Counted from the first letter of the stretch, positions 1 to 13,680 are shown. The stretch is DNA of 64,000 nt from Octopus sinensis (GCF_006345805.1 NC_043004.1:2604001-2668000); one strand, 5' to 3'. A program made the numbers and translations. Notes: generated by a model from the letters alone, not told the origin.

Positions 1-77
1 CGAACTCAGAACGTAAGGTGGGGGCGAAATGCCGCGAAGCATTTTTCCCGGCCTGCTAACGATTCTGCCTGTTCGCC
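1..77 (-). mobile_element. 5' tRNA-derived head of a family-B (Meta-domain) SINE, cut by the window edge
   Basis: Matches the head of the many family-B copies (gaactcagaacgt...gcattt..cccggc..gctaacgattctgcc). Confidence 0.75.
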
Positions 78-1076
78 GTCTTAACTCTCTGCATTATTAA
101 AAGAAAATACCTCCAACTAAAGTTTTGAGAGCCACAGATTTTTGTTACAAATAATTTCGACTGAGAAAACTTTTTAATTTTGTTCCGTGAGGGGAATATG
201 TTTCCTTTAGTGGCACCTGCAGCGATATTACTTATTCTTAGTGGCAAAGCCCTTTTCAAAACATATGAATCCCTCATTTAAGGAATACGGGGTTGATATT
301 CTGGAACAGCCTCTATGAAGTCGCTGAACCAACCTGCTAGACGTAGCAACCAAATCTTCCTCAAGCTACATTATTCATCTTGACTCTTAGGATAATTTTG
401 CTACGTTCTATAATAGCATTGCTTCTAATGTTTTTAATCATATGCCTGCTCGATCAACGACGACTTGTATAAAGACAACTGAATTTGTTTAACCCCAGAT
501 AACTACAAGGGATACAGTGGGGAAGATACGCTCCATCCAACGGTAGCCGTTTTACTAAAGGCTAGAATTGCAACAGACTAGCACTGTGTGCGTGCGCGCG
601 CGTGTTTGTGTTCATTCGCGTAAGCTGCATTATTTGGATGAAGGGAGTTTATCATAAGCAGAACTCAAGTGAATGTAGCTAAAAGTAGAAGGTCACGGGT
701 TGGTTATGGATGCAGCTCTCTTGGAATTTAATTCCACATACCATTGTAGACGAATACATATTACGAAAAACATTGGCGCTGATTCTTGATATCAATAGAA
801 AGCTAAACTGAAATTTGAAAAAATAATTGTATCAAGAATTAATTGAAAATGCTTTATAACGGGTGAAACAGCAATTATCACAAAGTTTTGTTACAAGTCA
901 AACGAATATTTCCTCCTGCCAAACAAATATTTTGAGAAGAAAGCAACACCAATTGCACTAAATAACAAATCTAATCCATGTAATTTCGTTTCGGTTTTTA
1001 CATTTTCAATTTTGTATCATTCGGGCGTTGTATTTACCTTTCCTTTCCTCGAGGGTCGATAAAATATGTACTTTTC

Positions 1077-1195
1077 GCGTAGCGTAGAAGCGTAGCGTAG
1101 AAGCGTAGCGTAGAAGCGTAGCGTAGAAGCGTAGCGTAGAAGCGTAGCGTAGAAGCGTAGCGTAGAAGCGTAGCGTAGAAGCGTAGCGTAGAAGC
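1077..1195. repeat. 13-bp minisatellite (GCGTAGCGTAGAA) x9
   Basis: Nine perfect head-to-tail units from 1077 to 1193, plus GC. Confidence 0.97.
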
Positions 1196-2190
1196 ACAAC
1201 TGCATGAGCTAATGTAAGAAATGATTATAGATCTGGTGTGGCGGTGATGCCAGAAAGTAGAACGTCGGAATAAATTATGAACTATATTTAATTTCAGCTG
1301 TCTATGTTCTCAGTTCAGATCTCACAAAGAAATAACTACTCTTCACCCATCTTGGTGTAGACACAACAGATATCAAACAAGTAGAGAGAGCAATTCAATT
1401 AACTATGCATTTTGTGGCCTTCTGCCAATGTGACAATCAAACATATTCTCTTGTTAGAAATAAGCTTACAGAATGATATATCATATGCGGCAGATATTAT
1501 AAAATCATTACGCAGTATATGCTGAGATGAAATATTAATTGAGCATATCATAATATAATTCGAATCGATTATGGGATTAGCAACGCTCTAAAGTGCAGAC
1601 ACATAACGAATACAAAATATATACTTATTTATGTGCTGTTACACTTATTAATGTTGATGATGTTGAGTTTGAATCAGCCGAGTCATAAAGGCACCAGATA
1701 ATCAGTAATTCATATTGTGTCATCACGGCATCATTCTGCTGTCCTTGGGCAATTAGCTTAAGGAAAGGTAAATATAGTATGATTTGGTTTACCGATTGCT
1801 GCGGTATCCTACAGAAATGAGTTCAATATTCTTGTTGGTATATTAATCATATTGTTACTTTTGCGTTTTATTCAAATGGAAAATAACTTCCAATTTTTTA
1901 CAAAATCTCCAAATGAGGAAGAAACAAGGAAGACGATACAACTTGTTGGATGCAGAAGAAAGCAATGCATGATTCATCCTCAGAGCTAGTACTTGCTCCT
2001 ATTGTTTACAACAAAAGTAGATTTCTCTCAAGATACTCAAGTACCAAGTGAAATTGCAAAGCCGAAGCCAAGATCCAGATTGAGTTTATCGGTCATCAAC
2101 AATATATTCGAATTATCACGACAGTAGTAATAATTTCCATCACTTGTTTATACTCAAATAGTTTCGATCTTGAAGTTTTGATGGTTTTGC

Positions 2191-2420
2191 TTAACTCTTT
2201 CGATACCAACACGGCTGAAACTGCCTCTCGCTCTGTAGTACAAGTGTCTTGTTTTCAAATGTTCTGAACTAAAATCTTCCACCAAACCTTAGTCACAATT
2301 TATGTCCTTAGCACTAGCTAAATGATAACTAAGTTATTTTACTAAAGTCTTTGTTATATTTTAAATTAATTGAAGGAAACATAGAGCATCTCAACAGAAA
2401 TATGGTAACGAAAGGCTTAA
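2191..2420. mobile_element. piggyBac-type MITE
   Basis: TTAA at both ends (2191-2194, 2417-2420). Imperfect TIRs CTCTTTCGATACCA / TGGTAACGAAAGGC. No ORF. Confidence 0.75.
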
Positions 2421-3145
2421 AGTGTAAAAGAAAAGCGGTGTTCATGGCCTTTGCTAATCTTCCTTATATGATAAACTTGATGGAGACGATCTACTTTTTA
2501 AACATCAACAGGGTTATGTTTGCAAGAAAAAGAGATTGTATATGGGGAGAATTTCAAAGAGATGCAATGCAATTCTAAGAAAGAATAGGTGGCAGATTTC
2601 ATTGCAGGAATAAGGAACTGAGATTTAATAAGCGTCAAGAAAGAGCGAGAAGAGAGACGTTTAGTTGAAGTGAGCAGAGAAAATGTTTAGTGATAATCAG
2701 AGGAGCAGAGGTCGATATTTTACTGATCGAGAAAACGGCGCTTCTGTGCAAAATTGGTTGTAGTATATTAGTGAGAGGATCTTTTTCAATTTGCTGAATT
2801 ACTTCGCTCTAGAAGTGACCTCGGTGTTTGTGCATGTACCACAATTTTGTTTCACTAAGAAATTCGGCAATACACGTCAAGGCTGGAATATTTCCTTGAT
2901 TTAAAGAAGAATTCTAGTTTTTCTAATATAGTTTTGGCAATGTTATATATATATAGAACCACCATATGATATCATGAGGCTCAGCAACAGAAATATTTTC
3001 AGGGGAAGATAAAGTTTTAAATTGTAATCGTTTTTATTAAAAGTAAATTACAACTTTGTACTTTCCTATTCACATAAACAACCGTATTTAGAATAAAGAT
3101 ACATGGAATTCTCACAGGATCTGTTTATATTTTTAGATACCATGT

Positions 3146-3641
3146 GGAGGTGCAATGGCCCAGTGGTTAGAGCAGCGGACTCGCGGTCGTAGGACCGCGG
3201 TTTCGATTCCAAGACCGGGCATATGAGTGTTTATTGAGCGAAAAAACCTAAAGTTCCACGAGGTTCCGGCAGGGGGTGGTGGTGAACCCTGATGTACTCT
3301 TCACATCTTCCTCTCACTCTTCTTCCTATTTCTATTGTACCTGTATTTCAAAGGGCCAACCTTATCACACTCTGTGTCACGCTGAATCTCCCCGAGAACT
3401 ACGTTAAGTGTAAACGTGCCTGTGGAGTAATCAGTCATTTGCACGTTAATAAATAAGCTGCGACGTTACTGCCAAGCTTTATCGTTTTTTTCCTTTCCAT
3501 TGAATAACATCGTTGGCGTGTAGAGAGGAAGTTGGTATGCATGGGCGACTGCTGGTCTTCCATAAACAATCTTGCCCAGACTTGTGCTTCGGGGTGTAAC
3601 TTTCTAGGTGCAATCATGGTCATTCATGACCGAATGGGGTC
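3146..3641 (+). mobile_element. tRNA-derived SINE family A, near full length (tail X)
   Basis: A box TGGCCCAGTGG and B-box-like TTTCGATTCC. Body shared with 19087-19561 and 43066-43437. Confidence 0.85.
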
Positions 3642-3904
3642 ACAACACAAAAAAAAACTGATGGCATAGTGGTGAAAAGCATAAAAAATTCTCACCTTAC
3701 GGAAGCAGAACCGAAAATTTAGCGGTACAAAACAAGAAAACTGAAATACTGAATTGATGGTTTTATTGGATTTAAGGTTTCACAGAACCTAGATTTTTAG
3801 ACACTGTAACTTAACCATTAGTTTAGTTTTTTAATTCCTCGGCCCAGAAGGTAATCATTTCGGATGGGGTACTGTTTGGTGAACTTACTAGACAGTGATG
3901 GCTC

Positions 3905-4105
3905 GTTGCCAACTTAATGTGGCAGTCCCAGGGAACAATGTTACTGTTATTTAGCCCCAACAAACACCGTTTCTAGTTGGCTACGCGACACAAGCGTTCT
4001 GTGTCCTTAAGTTTTCAAACAGGTGAGATAAGCACCTCAACAAAGCCAGCCACCAGAGACTAGTTTCAGGGTAATTGCCCATCATCAGTCTTGAGTAGCT
4101 TGGCC
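3905..4105 (-). mobile_element. Hammerhead-bearing non-autonomous element, family H2 (solo 3' end)
   Basis: Homologous over ~150 bp to both arms of the 63244-63664 fold-back; carries the hammerhead at 4053-4093. Confidence 0.75.
4053..4093 (-). ncRNA. Minimal type I hammerhead ribozyme motif (H2)
   Basis: Minus strand CAAGA-CTGATGA-TGGG(CAATTA)CCCT-GAAA-CTAG-TC-TCTGG: intact core, palindromic stem III ACTAGT, GUC triplet. Confidence 0.7.
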
Positions 4106-4194
4106 TTACTAGATGTCACTGCTAAACTGCTGTTGAAAACTTATAGAATATATTCACTGATCCATTTTACTAGACAGTAATGTTAGGTCATATG

Positions 4195-4409
4195 AAGGCG
4201 CTGAGATGGTAGAGGTATTAGCATGCCGGACAGAATGCGTAGTGGCACTTCCTCCGTCTTTACGTTCTGAGTTCAAATTCCGCCGAGGTCGACCTTGCTT
4301 TTTATTCTTTAGTAGTCGATAAAATAAGTACCAGTTGAGACCTGGAGTCGACGTAAATGACTTACCCATCCCCTGAAATTGCTGGCCTTGTGCCAAAATT
4401 TGAAATCAG
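4195..4409 (+). mobile_element. Family-B Meta-domain SINE monomer (tail 1)
   Basis: tRNA head, GTTCAAATTCC B box, degenerate GTCGAC..GCCTTTCATCC..GTCGATAAAATAAGTACCAG core resembling the Sauria/MetaSINE domain. Confidence 0.8.
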
Positions 4410-5859
4410 TGTTAGGTCATGTACTAACCTACCTAGTTTGTGAGACGGAAGTTTATGCCAAGTGCATTATGGTAAATAGATTATATCATGTATATTAGTG
4501 TTTGGTTTTCATGCGTATCTTTTCTAAACATTGATACAGCTATATTACTGGTTTTAGGCAGGAATCGATATCAAGATTGCACACCAACCTGTATTTTGAA
4601 CACACAGTAATCGTACTGCTTATGTATTTCAACATTGATTAATATTGAAAACGAAAATCATATACTTAGAAGTAAAGTATGAGTTTTTCCCGTTCCAAGA
4701 GGAACTATTAAAAGCATCAATGTCGTCGATCTAGGAAGCTCTGTGAAAAACCAGGATAACTTTCTACTTCTCCAAAATTGAAACTACATTCTGATCCACA
4801 CTAACTTCAATTCTATTCACAAAACTTTAGACACCTTTCAGATTTAAAATTCAGAAATTAAAAACAAAAAAATTATATCAATAATTAGTTGAGAATGCTT
4901 TATAACAGGTGAAACAGCAATTATCAGAATATAATTCACGACAAAAGAATTAGAATGAATTAATTGCTTATATTGAGAAGATACAAAATTTATTGTGCAT
5001 GTATAGTAGTATGTGAATGGTAACAAATACAATATATATGTAAATAACAAATGATAGTTGTCTATCCATATTAAATGCGACACAGCGTACAGAGAAATCG
5101 ATAACATTTGTGTAATAAAAACACAAGTTGTGTGAGATTGTATAAGTGCAGTAAATTATTGTATATAATAGAAGTGATTGAATAGAAGGTAATGCAGTCG
5201 TTTGTAGGAGAAATAAGTCGTCTTTGGAGAATTAGAGGATGGACTTGAGGCGGCTCACAAACAACTTTCGGATTGCTTTGAGACGTCAGTTTAAACAGAC
5301 GTGTTAAAATATGTATTCATTTTTCTTGTTCATTTGTTCTAGTAAATGCACTACGGCCATGCTTCAGCACTACCGTACAGAGTTGGAATCAATGACATTG
5401 ATCACAATACATATTTTTGTTGATTTTTTCTTTTATTTTATTATTTCATACAGTCATATTTGGAAACGTAAACTATGAGGCTATCTTCGTTCTGTTTTCT
5501 TTTTCTCTCTCAAATGATGTCAATGCACTCGAACACACGCATCCATGTATTCTTGTATTATGTGTATGTGCAGGTGTGTGTGTGTGTGTGTGTGGTGCAT
5601 CTGACATTTTCTCTTCTTCTGAACGCTTCCCTTCCATTGCAATGGTCAACCAAAAGACTGGACTAGGGAACGCTTGCCCTAATTGCCACGTAGCGGGGGC
5701 AGAGATTAAGCGGTTGCGAAGCGAAATTAACAAGTCAACTCTGTGCACCCTCGCTTCTCTTCTCATTCCCCCCTCTCTCCCTTTCTCTATCTCTCTCTCT
5801 CTTTCTCACTCACTATGTGTGCGTATACATACATATATATATGTATATGTTTATATATA

Positions 5860-5884
5860 TATATATATGTATATATGTATATAT

Positions 5885-5921
<37 letters not shown>

Positions 5922-5943
5922 TGTGTGTGTGTGTGTGTGTGTG

Positions 5944-5975
<32 letters not shown>

Positions 5976-6427
5976 ATATATATATTAAAAATACAAAAGG
6001 GACAAGAACGCAAAACATCCAAATAGACAATACAAAAAACACGGACAGATCATTCGAAGCCTTTAATCTTCAGTCAAGAACTGGATCATCCTCGCGATTT
6101 CGGCTGATTAATCTTGGGATTGCTCCAATCTGGCCAGCCCCAAGGAAAAACCAAGCCAAGAGCATTAGATTCCTCGGAAAAAGGATCGAATGTGTACGAA
6201 CAAGGACAGAAAAACGGACGATGTTACACGAATGTTATACAAAAAACAATAATAATACGAATATAAAAGCAAAAAAAAAACAATAATAAGAATAAGAATA
6301 ATAGGATATAACAACAGACGTCTTTCGACCAGAGACGAATTGAATTCAGCTGGCGTATTGAGTGAGAATTAAGCCTTACGGCAGACATGTATATGTATGT
6401 ATAAATATATATATATATATAATATAT

Positions 6428-6502
<75 letters not shown>

Positions 6503-6503
6503 G

Positions 6504-6544
<41 letters not shown>

Positions 6545-6980
6545 ATATATATATTAAAAATACAAAATGGGACAAGAACGCAAAACATCCAAATAGACAA
6601 TACAAAAAACACGGACAGGTCATTCGAAGCCTTTAATCTTCAGTCAAGAACTGGATCATCCTCGCGATTTCGGCTGATTAATCTTGGGATTGCTCCAATC
6701 TGGCCAGCCCCAAGGAAAAACCAAGCCAAGAGCATTAGATTCCTCGGAAAAAGGATCGAATGTGTACGAAACAAGGACAGAAAAACGGACGATGTTACAC
6801 GAATGTTATACAAAAAACAAATAATAATACGAATATAAAAGCAAAAAAAAAACAATAATAAGAATAAGAATAATAGGATATAACAACAGACGTCTTTCGA
6901 CCAGAGACGAATTGAATTCAGCTGGCGTATTGAGTGAGAATTAAGCCTTACGGCAGACATGTATATGTATGTATAAATAT

Positions 6981-7050
<70 letters not shown>
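5860..7050. repeat. Near-identical tandem duplication, period ~570 bp, bounded by (TA)n/(TG)n
   Basis: attaaaaatacaaaa... starts at 5984 and 6553; ...cggcagacatg starts at 6380 and 6951. Confidence 0.92.
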
Positions 7051-7055
<5 letters not shown>

Positions 7056-7376
7056 GTGTATACATGTATGTATACATACATACATTTGTGTATGAGATAA
7101 AAGTGACAATTTTACCTGTCATAAGAGAAAGCTATATGGAATATTAAAATGTTAATCTATTCATTCGCATTTCTCACATGTTAAATATCGCAATACATAA
7201 AATGGTAAAATGGGGGTCAGAATAAGTAGTGACCAACGTTATAAATATAAATGGTGTGAAGTCACACTTAAATCTTACACGAGAACTGTGTCACGGAGAA
7301 GACCCGCCATAAGTCTATTTCTTCCATTGATCAACTTGTAGTTTTAATCTAAATATTGCTTACATTGCTCAAGGAG

Positions 7377-7752
7377 CAAGGCCCGAAATTTGGGGGGAGT
7401 GGGGGTGAACGATTAGATTGACCCCAGTAGAACACTGGTACTTAATTTATCGACCCCAAAAGGATGAAAGGCAAAGTCGACCTCGTCGGAATTTGAACTC
7501 AGAACGTAATGACATACGAAATACCTATTTCTTTACTACCCACAAGGGGCTAAACACAGAGAGGAAAAACAAGGACAGACAAACGGATTAAGTCGATTAC
7601 ATCGACCCCAGTGCGTAACTGGTACTTATTTAATCGACCCCGAAAGGATGAAAGGCCAAGTCGATCTCGGCGGAATTTGAACTCAGAACGTAGCGGCAGA
7701 AGAAATACAGCTAGGCATTTCGCCCGGCGTGCTAACGTTTCTGCCAACTCGC
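7377..7752 (-). mobile_element. Family-B SINE dimer (tail-2 unit joined into a tail-1 unit)
   Basis: Two Meta cores; junction gaaatacc|tatttctttactacccacaagg at 7525/7526. Confidence 0.9.
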
Positions 7753-9159
7753 AGAGGAGATATATTCTGCCAGCTTTGCAGAGGAGATATAGTGCCAATT
7801 GAATTCGTTCCACTCTAAGCATGATCTTTATATTTGATTGGATGAAAGACTAAAAGACTTGGTGGAAGTTGATTGTAGAATTTTGAATGACATTTTAATT
7901 TCTAATTGAAATTTGGGTCTGTTATTCCGAAACATTTGATTGAATTTTACCGGGTACAAAAATTAAAGCTAGTAGAAAAAGGGATGCACTCCAGTTTCGT
8001 GATGGGTTCAGTAGGAAATAGAAATTGAAACTCAGAATCTGTTAATGGGCTCGTCTCAGAAAATCAGCTTCTTGCTCCGAATGGAAGGGGAAATAACTCA
8101 TATTTATTGTTATACATTTGTGTTTCCCGAGGCTGTTATAATTTTGTTGCTGTTGTCTAATTCTAGCAGTTTTCTACTTCAATGGCATTCCAGCCTTGAC
8201 GATCCCGTTGTTTTATTGTATGTCTAGGACTACATTTTCTAGTGTGTTCTTTCTTTTTTAAGACTGTTGCTTGTGAATTCAACAAATACTGTAAGCATTT
8301 CCAGCAGTGCTAGTGAGAACACAACAAAGACGGCGAAGCTCCCACGTTAACTCACACCGAAATTAAGCGATGTGAATTGATTCCCTTTGACTCACGTTGA
8401 AGTTAAGTGACGTGATATGACTTCAATCGAAAAGCACGACTTTCAGTCTGAATATAAGCATTTAACTTTCACCTAAAGATACAAAGTGAAGAAAAACTTT
8501 TGCAGTCGATTCGTGATACATGAATTGTGCTCGGCTTATCAAAACTGGGAAGGTAAGATATATAACCGGCCTTTGTGGAATTTTAGTTCGGAAAGCATTT
8601 TCTTTTGCGTTGTTGCCACAGTTGCCTGCTTTTCTCGCTCTAAATATTACAGTGTTATATACCATCGGTCAGGATAGGATCAAAACAAGTCAGTAACCTT
8701 ATATCAAGAATTGAAAGCATAACTGCGAATGAGAATCAGTTATGTAATAGTAGACTATAATTGTTTTTCTACAAGTTGGAATTATTCCAAAAGCAGATGA
8801 AGTCGCTTCGTTCGACCAGCGCCAATATTTTTTTACTTTATGTACTTGTCGGTAGCTTGCCTAACATAAAATAGAACAAACAATGACATTTTTATGAGTT
8901 CGTGCAACTTGCTAGAAATGGCACCTAAATGCCTCTCAAATCACACATTACCGTCTCAGAGAAAAAAATGAACGATTTAAACTTTAAATTTTAAAGTGTG
9001 CATCCTTCTTTTCAAACATCTATTTCATTACTGCTATTTAACAACTTCAACAAAATCAGGGCCTGTTGCAATCCATTCTTTATTATGTTTTGAATACAAT
9101 GGAAACTTGTAAGAGAAATGTATTAAAAACAAGACTGGCATCCCATCTTTTATGGCAGT

Positions 9160-9404
9160 GACCGTTCCTGGTGATCCGATCAACGGAACAGCATTCTCGT
9201 GAAAAAACAGGTGGTTGAGTACTTCGCAAACACACGTGCCCTTAACGTACTTCACAAGGAAATTCAGCGTGACACAAAATGTGACAAGGCTGGTACCTTT
9301 GGACTACAGGTGCAATTCAGTCCTGCGAACTAAGTGGACTGGAGCAACATAAAATAAAGTGTCTTGCTCAAGGACACAATGCGCTGACGGGTATCGAACT
9401 CACG
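9160..9404 (-). mobile_element. tRNA SINE with V/CORE-like central domain and family-A-like 3' half (tail Y)
   Basis: Minus strand gagttcgatacc...gtgtccttgagcaagacact...tgctccagtccact, followed by the gtcacgctgaat..tacgttaagggcac block shared with family A. Confidence 0.65.
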
Positions 9405-11424
9405 CCTTCAAAGTGAAGCATTATAACCTCCGGTCGAAGCTTTCATGCAAAGATAAATTGCCGAGAACTTCAATGAATCTCTAAACGTGTAAAGGAAACT
9501 AAAGAACTGAAATTAATACGAAATTAATATTTTTTTAATGTTTTCTAATTTATTTTGATATATTGGTTTCAAGTTTCAGCACAAGGCCCTCAATACTCTG
9601 GTCCTTATATACAAAAACATTATTTTCCATCTTACTGTTTTGTTTCGTTTTCAAAAATAATTTTTTTTTATGGTTTGTTATTGTTTATATTTTGAATTAC
9701 ATAGTCTTTTAAGTACTTAGAGCTTCGATGGGTCTCATTCTGAACCTGTAAATAAGTTTCTTCATCTTTTTTGAATCACAGAATCTTTGATCAGATCCTC
9801 AAAATCTTAGGTAACACATATGCATCTATACTTAGAAGAGATAAAGACATCCCGAATATTATTTTAGTAAATGTAAAGTGATTTCTTTTGTACCGTAAAC
9901 CATTTACCATTTCTGCGGTGCCTCCTCCTTCCCTTCATGCCATAAACACGTACTTAGTTTTTGTTTCTCATATTTTATTTTAGGAATAAATATATTCTTC
10001 ATATTCAACTTATAAGTTCAAAAGTAGTTTAGATTGCTGAAAAAGATCTACTTTTAAAGTTTCCGAACAAGATGTCAAGAATGTCCTGAAGAATAGAACG
10101 TTAGAATATTTTAAGCTTTATCGATATAACAAGTATATTAAAATCGGATGTGTTATTGGTAACGCCTCCATAAAGATGCAGCCTCCATCTACACACAAAT
10201 TCAATAAGAAAAACTTGATACTGATATTGTCTTCTTCCCATCTATAATATAACATACACACAAATATAAACCCCAAAATTATCGAATAAAATTCTTCCCT
10301 ACATACGTACTTTGCGTTGATGTATTTTACTATTAACAGCCGAAAGTAATTGTATCGCAGTAAAAAAATTCGACACAATTTCTGGAGGAATACACGGCTA
10401 TCATAGTTCTTCACAGACCTTCCTAGACCGGCGTCATTGATTCCATCAATGCTTTCTCTTGGAACAGCTTCTTTCACTCAAGCATTTCTCTCTCATAACT
10501 GGTGCCCAACTTGCTCCCAGAAGCAGAAGCCATTACAGAAGCTGAAGAGTGGATGTGAATAACTATATGCCAAGAGATCCGATAACTGCATAATGGATGC
10601 AGTCGACAAGGTCTTTATGTATAGGAGCATTCCCCAGATGGGACATGAATATTCTGTTGTGGCCCAGCTTTGAACTCTGTAGCGTACCGATAATTGTTAG
10701 GTCCCGATGTATCCTCTGCTCCAGAAGAGAAAATCCTATTGATATGATGCAGCTCTAGCTGTGTCACAGCTGTACTTCTGCCAGGATTCTCGATGATAGC
10801 GGAACCGAATAATCAGAGAGATTGTCTATTCTGGTTATGTTAAGGTATTGGTTTTAATTTTTTTCCTCCAGCTATTTTTGATTCTCGCATGGCACGCAAC
10901 ATGCTATAAAAAGCATATAAAAAGATAAAATTTATAGTGCAAGATGTTGAAAATTAGAAAAAAATCATAATTGTATACTAAGATAATTTTTTAATAAAAA
11001 ATACGAACTGCATGACGAGTGCAGTTGTGGAGATAACAGACTGGAAAAAATGTTTCAATCAAGCAAAGAAATTAGCAAAAATAAAGCACAACTAATTTAT
11101 TTGTGGTTGGATAGTGACGAAATGTCGGCAGTGCTGCACAGAAATATTATGTAACGGAGGAGAAATATAATTTAATCGATACAACTAATCAGAGAACAGT
11201 TATTCGATTTTCGCAAGAATCTGTACGTTTTATGTGTATAATATTTAGATAATCCTTCAGATTTTACATTTAGCTGCAGAATAATAATTGTATATATACT
11301 GAGTTCTTGTGAATTCTCAGTATAATTTATCTGGTCCAAGCCGCATGGCCCTCTCTTATTAGACCGCCTCCCCACCGTCCTCAGGGAAGTAGAGACTTAT
11401 TACTGCAGTGGAATATAACTTGAA

Positions 11425-11538
<114 letters not shown>

Positions 11539-11692
11539 ATGTATGTATTTATGAGTGTGTGGGTATTGAGGCTGTAAATCCGTTATATAGGCATAATGGT
11601 ATATATGCAATATTCCAACATCCTTTGAGTAAAATCCAAAAGTCCAACAGAGTTTAATACGAGTCCTTCCAATTATAGAGTTTATATGCGTG

Positions 11693-11749
<57 letters not shown>

Positions 11750-12390
11750 AGATAGGTCGCGTGATGCAAACTGAAAAATAGAATTAGAAACAAGATTCCA
11801 TATAAGTTCTTTGATTAATAATCGGCAGGAGTTACAGAGTGACTCAGGAGCACACCGTTTTGTGCGGCAGCACTTGTCAAAGGGGATTGAAAGCAATAGG
11901 GCATCTCCATATAGGGGTATACGTAAGACCTGGGAGAAACATTATGTTTGTTTAGGACTAAAAGCCTTCATGAACAGGAAAGCCTGAGAAAATACAAGAA
12001 ATGTTACACTGATCGAACATCAAATAATGATGTCAAGGATAATTTAATAAATGTATCGAGACAAAAAATGTCAGTTAATTAAAATTTCACCCGTGGCGAG
12101 GGAAAGGGTTTTTTCATATTATGACCAATTCTTATCATGGATAAGCATTGAGATAATCACAGATTATTAATCAAATTTAATATTAATTAGAATTAGAGCG
12201 AAGACACATGGGTGGGAATTTTAAGATCTGTATGAATCATTCCACTGAATATATTATTATTAATATTAACTTTAATTTTCATGCAGAGGAGGTCCCTGTG
12301 TATTTATACTTAGTTCATCTATCAAGTTAATAAGTGATTATATTTATTTACAAAATAAATATCTCGGGGTCTTTCTCTTTCGCGGAATAT

Positions 12391-12426
<36 letters not shown>

Positions 12427-12964
12427 ACACACACACGTTGCATACTAGACTGAAGAGGGCTAAAGAGGGTGAAACAGGCAAAGATTTGCTACCTACTTCT
12501 AAGCTTAGAGTCATGCCACGCTGTGTTAACCACAACCAGTACTAAATTAGTTTTAATTCATTAAAATATATATTTCCCGACTTCGTTTATAAACATTCAT
12601 AAGTATTATTTGATTTCAGCCTAAGCATAATTATAATTATTAAAATTTGAATTAATAAAAAAAACCTTTTAGGCTAAACGATGCATTTAACATAGACGGT
12701 ACTTGACAATTCGTTACGTGGAAAACAAAACGGTAAATTTTCCTGTAGAAACTATTTAAATTGAGCTCATCACTGTATATATCAGGCGTCATATTCATAC
12801 ATCGTATATATACACGATATGTATGTATATATATATATATATACATACATATATATATATGTATATATATATATGATATTCACATATATATGCATATATA
12901 TATGCACACATATATAAGTTGTTTATATATTTTTTATATGGTATATATATATATACATACACAC

Positions 12965-13015
<51 letters not shown>

Positions 13016-13110
13016 CAATACATATACTGTATACTGTATAAATATATATTTATATACTCGATGTATTTTTGAAACACACAATTATATATATATATATATG
13101 CGTGTGTGTG

Positions 13111-13175
<65 letters not shown>

Positions 13176-13309
13176 GAATCTTACTGCCGTTGCACGTCGT
13201 ACATGAAAATGTAATCCATAAGTACAACTCCTTATTTAAAAATCAATACTTTTTCACTGATCAATAATATTTGTAACTTATAATGTATTTTTCAGATGAC
13301 GTTTCCTTC

Positions 13310-13680
13310 CCTAGTACATGGTTCCGAGTTCAGTTCCAGTACGCGACACTTGGGGCGTGTGTCGTATATGGAGGAAGTCATGGGTTAAATAAACCCGTCG
13401 TGTGTGTCTGTGTGTGTGTATGTGTGTGTGTGTATGTGTGTGTGCATGTGTGTGTTTGTGCGTGGTGTGTGTGTGTGTGTGTGTGTGTGTGTCTTATTAT
13501 CTACGTTTGAACCCAACCGGATTTGATGTGTTTACGTCCTCGTAACTTAACGGTTCGGCAAAAGGGACTAAATACTCGTCTTTAAACAAATACTAGGGTC
13601 GATTCCCTCGACCTAGGTTCTCGAAGATGGGTGCCCCAGCGTGGCCAAGTTGAATTGAACAAGTAAACGATAAAAGATAT
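13310..13680 (+). mobile_element. Family-C CORE-type SINE with internal (TG)n, diverged
   Basis: Homologous to the 30193-30655 copy: head, (TG)n, gtaacttaacggttcggcaaaag, and gtgccccagcgtggcc tail. Confidence 0.75.

Noticed and set aside
1077-1195. Regular repeat array as a possible CRISPR
   Set aside because: No spacers, 13-bp unit, eukaryotic context.
2420-2760. Possible L1/Tx1 C-terminal remnant
   Set aside because: Only vague resemblance and no diagnostic motif; the listed ORF starts inside a MITE.
5417-5896. Long ORFs such as 5417-5896, 14610-14987, 20417-20887, 38302-38900 and 44986-45441
   Set aside because: They translate microsatellites (YI, CV, LS, poly-L/I/Y runs) or SINE bodies; no protein signature.
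8370-8430. AP-1/CRE-like motifs (TGACTCA, TGACGTGA)
   Set aside because: Short motifs with no evidence of a nearby promoter.
10400-10810. More GC-balanced, coding-looking segment
   Set aside because: Hand translation of the minus strand gave no recognisable motif and no splice-bounded open frame.
12560-12612. Hammerhead-like CTTATGA...GAAG (minus)
   Set aside because: Too many core and stem changes to distinguish from chance.
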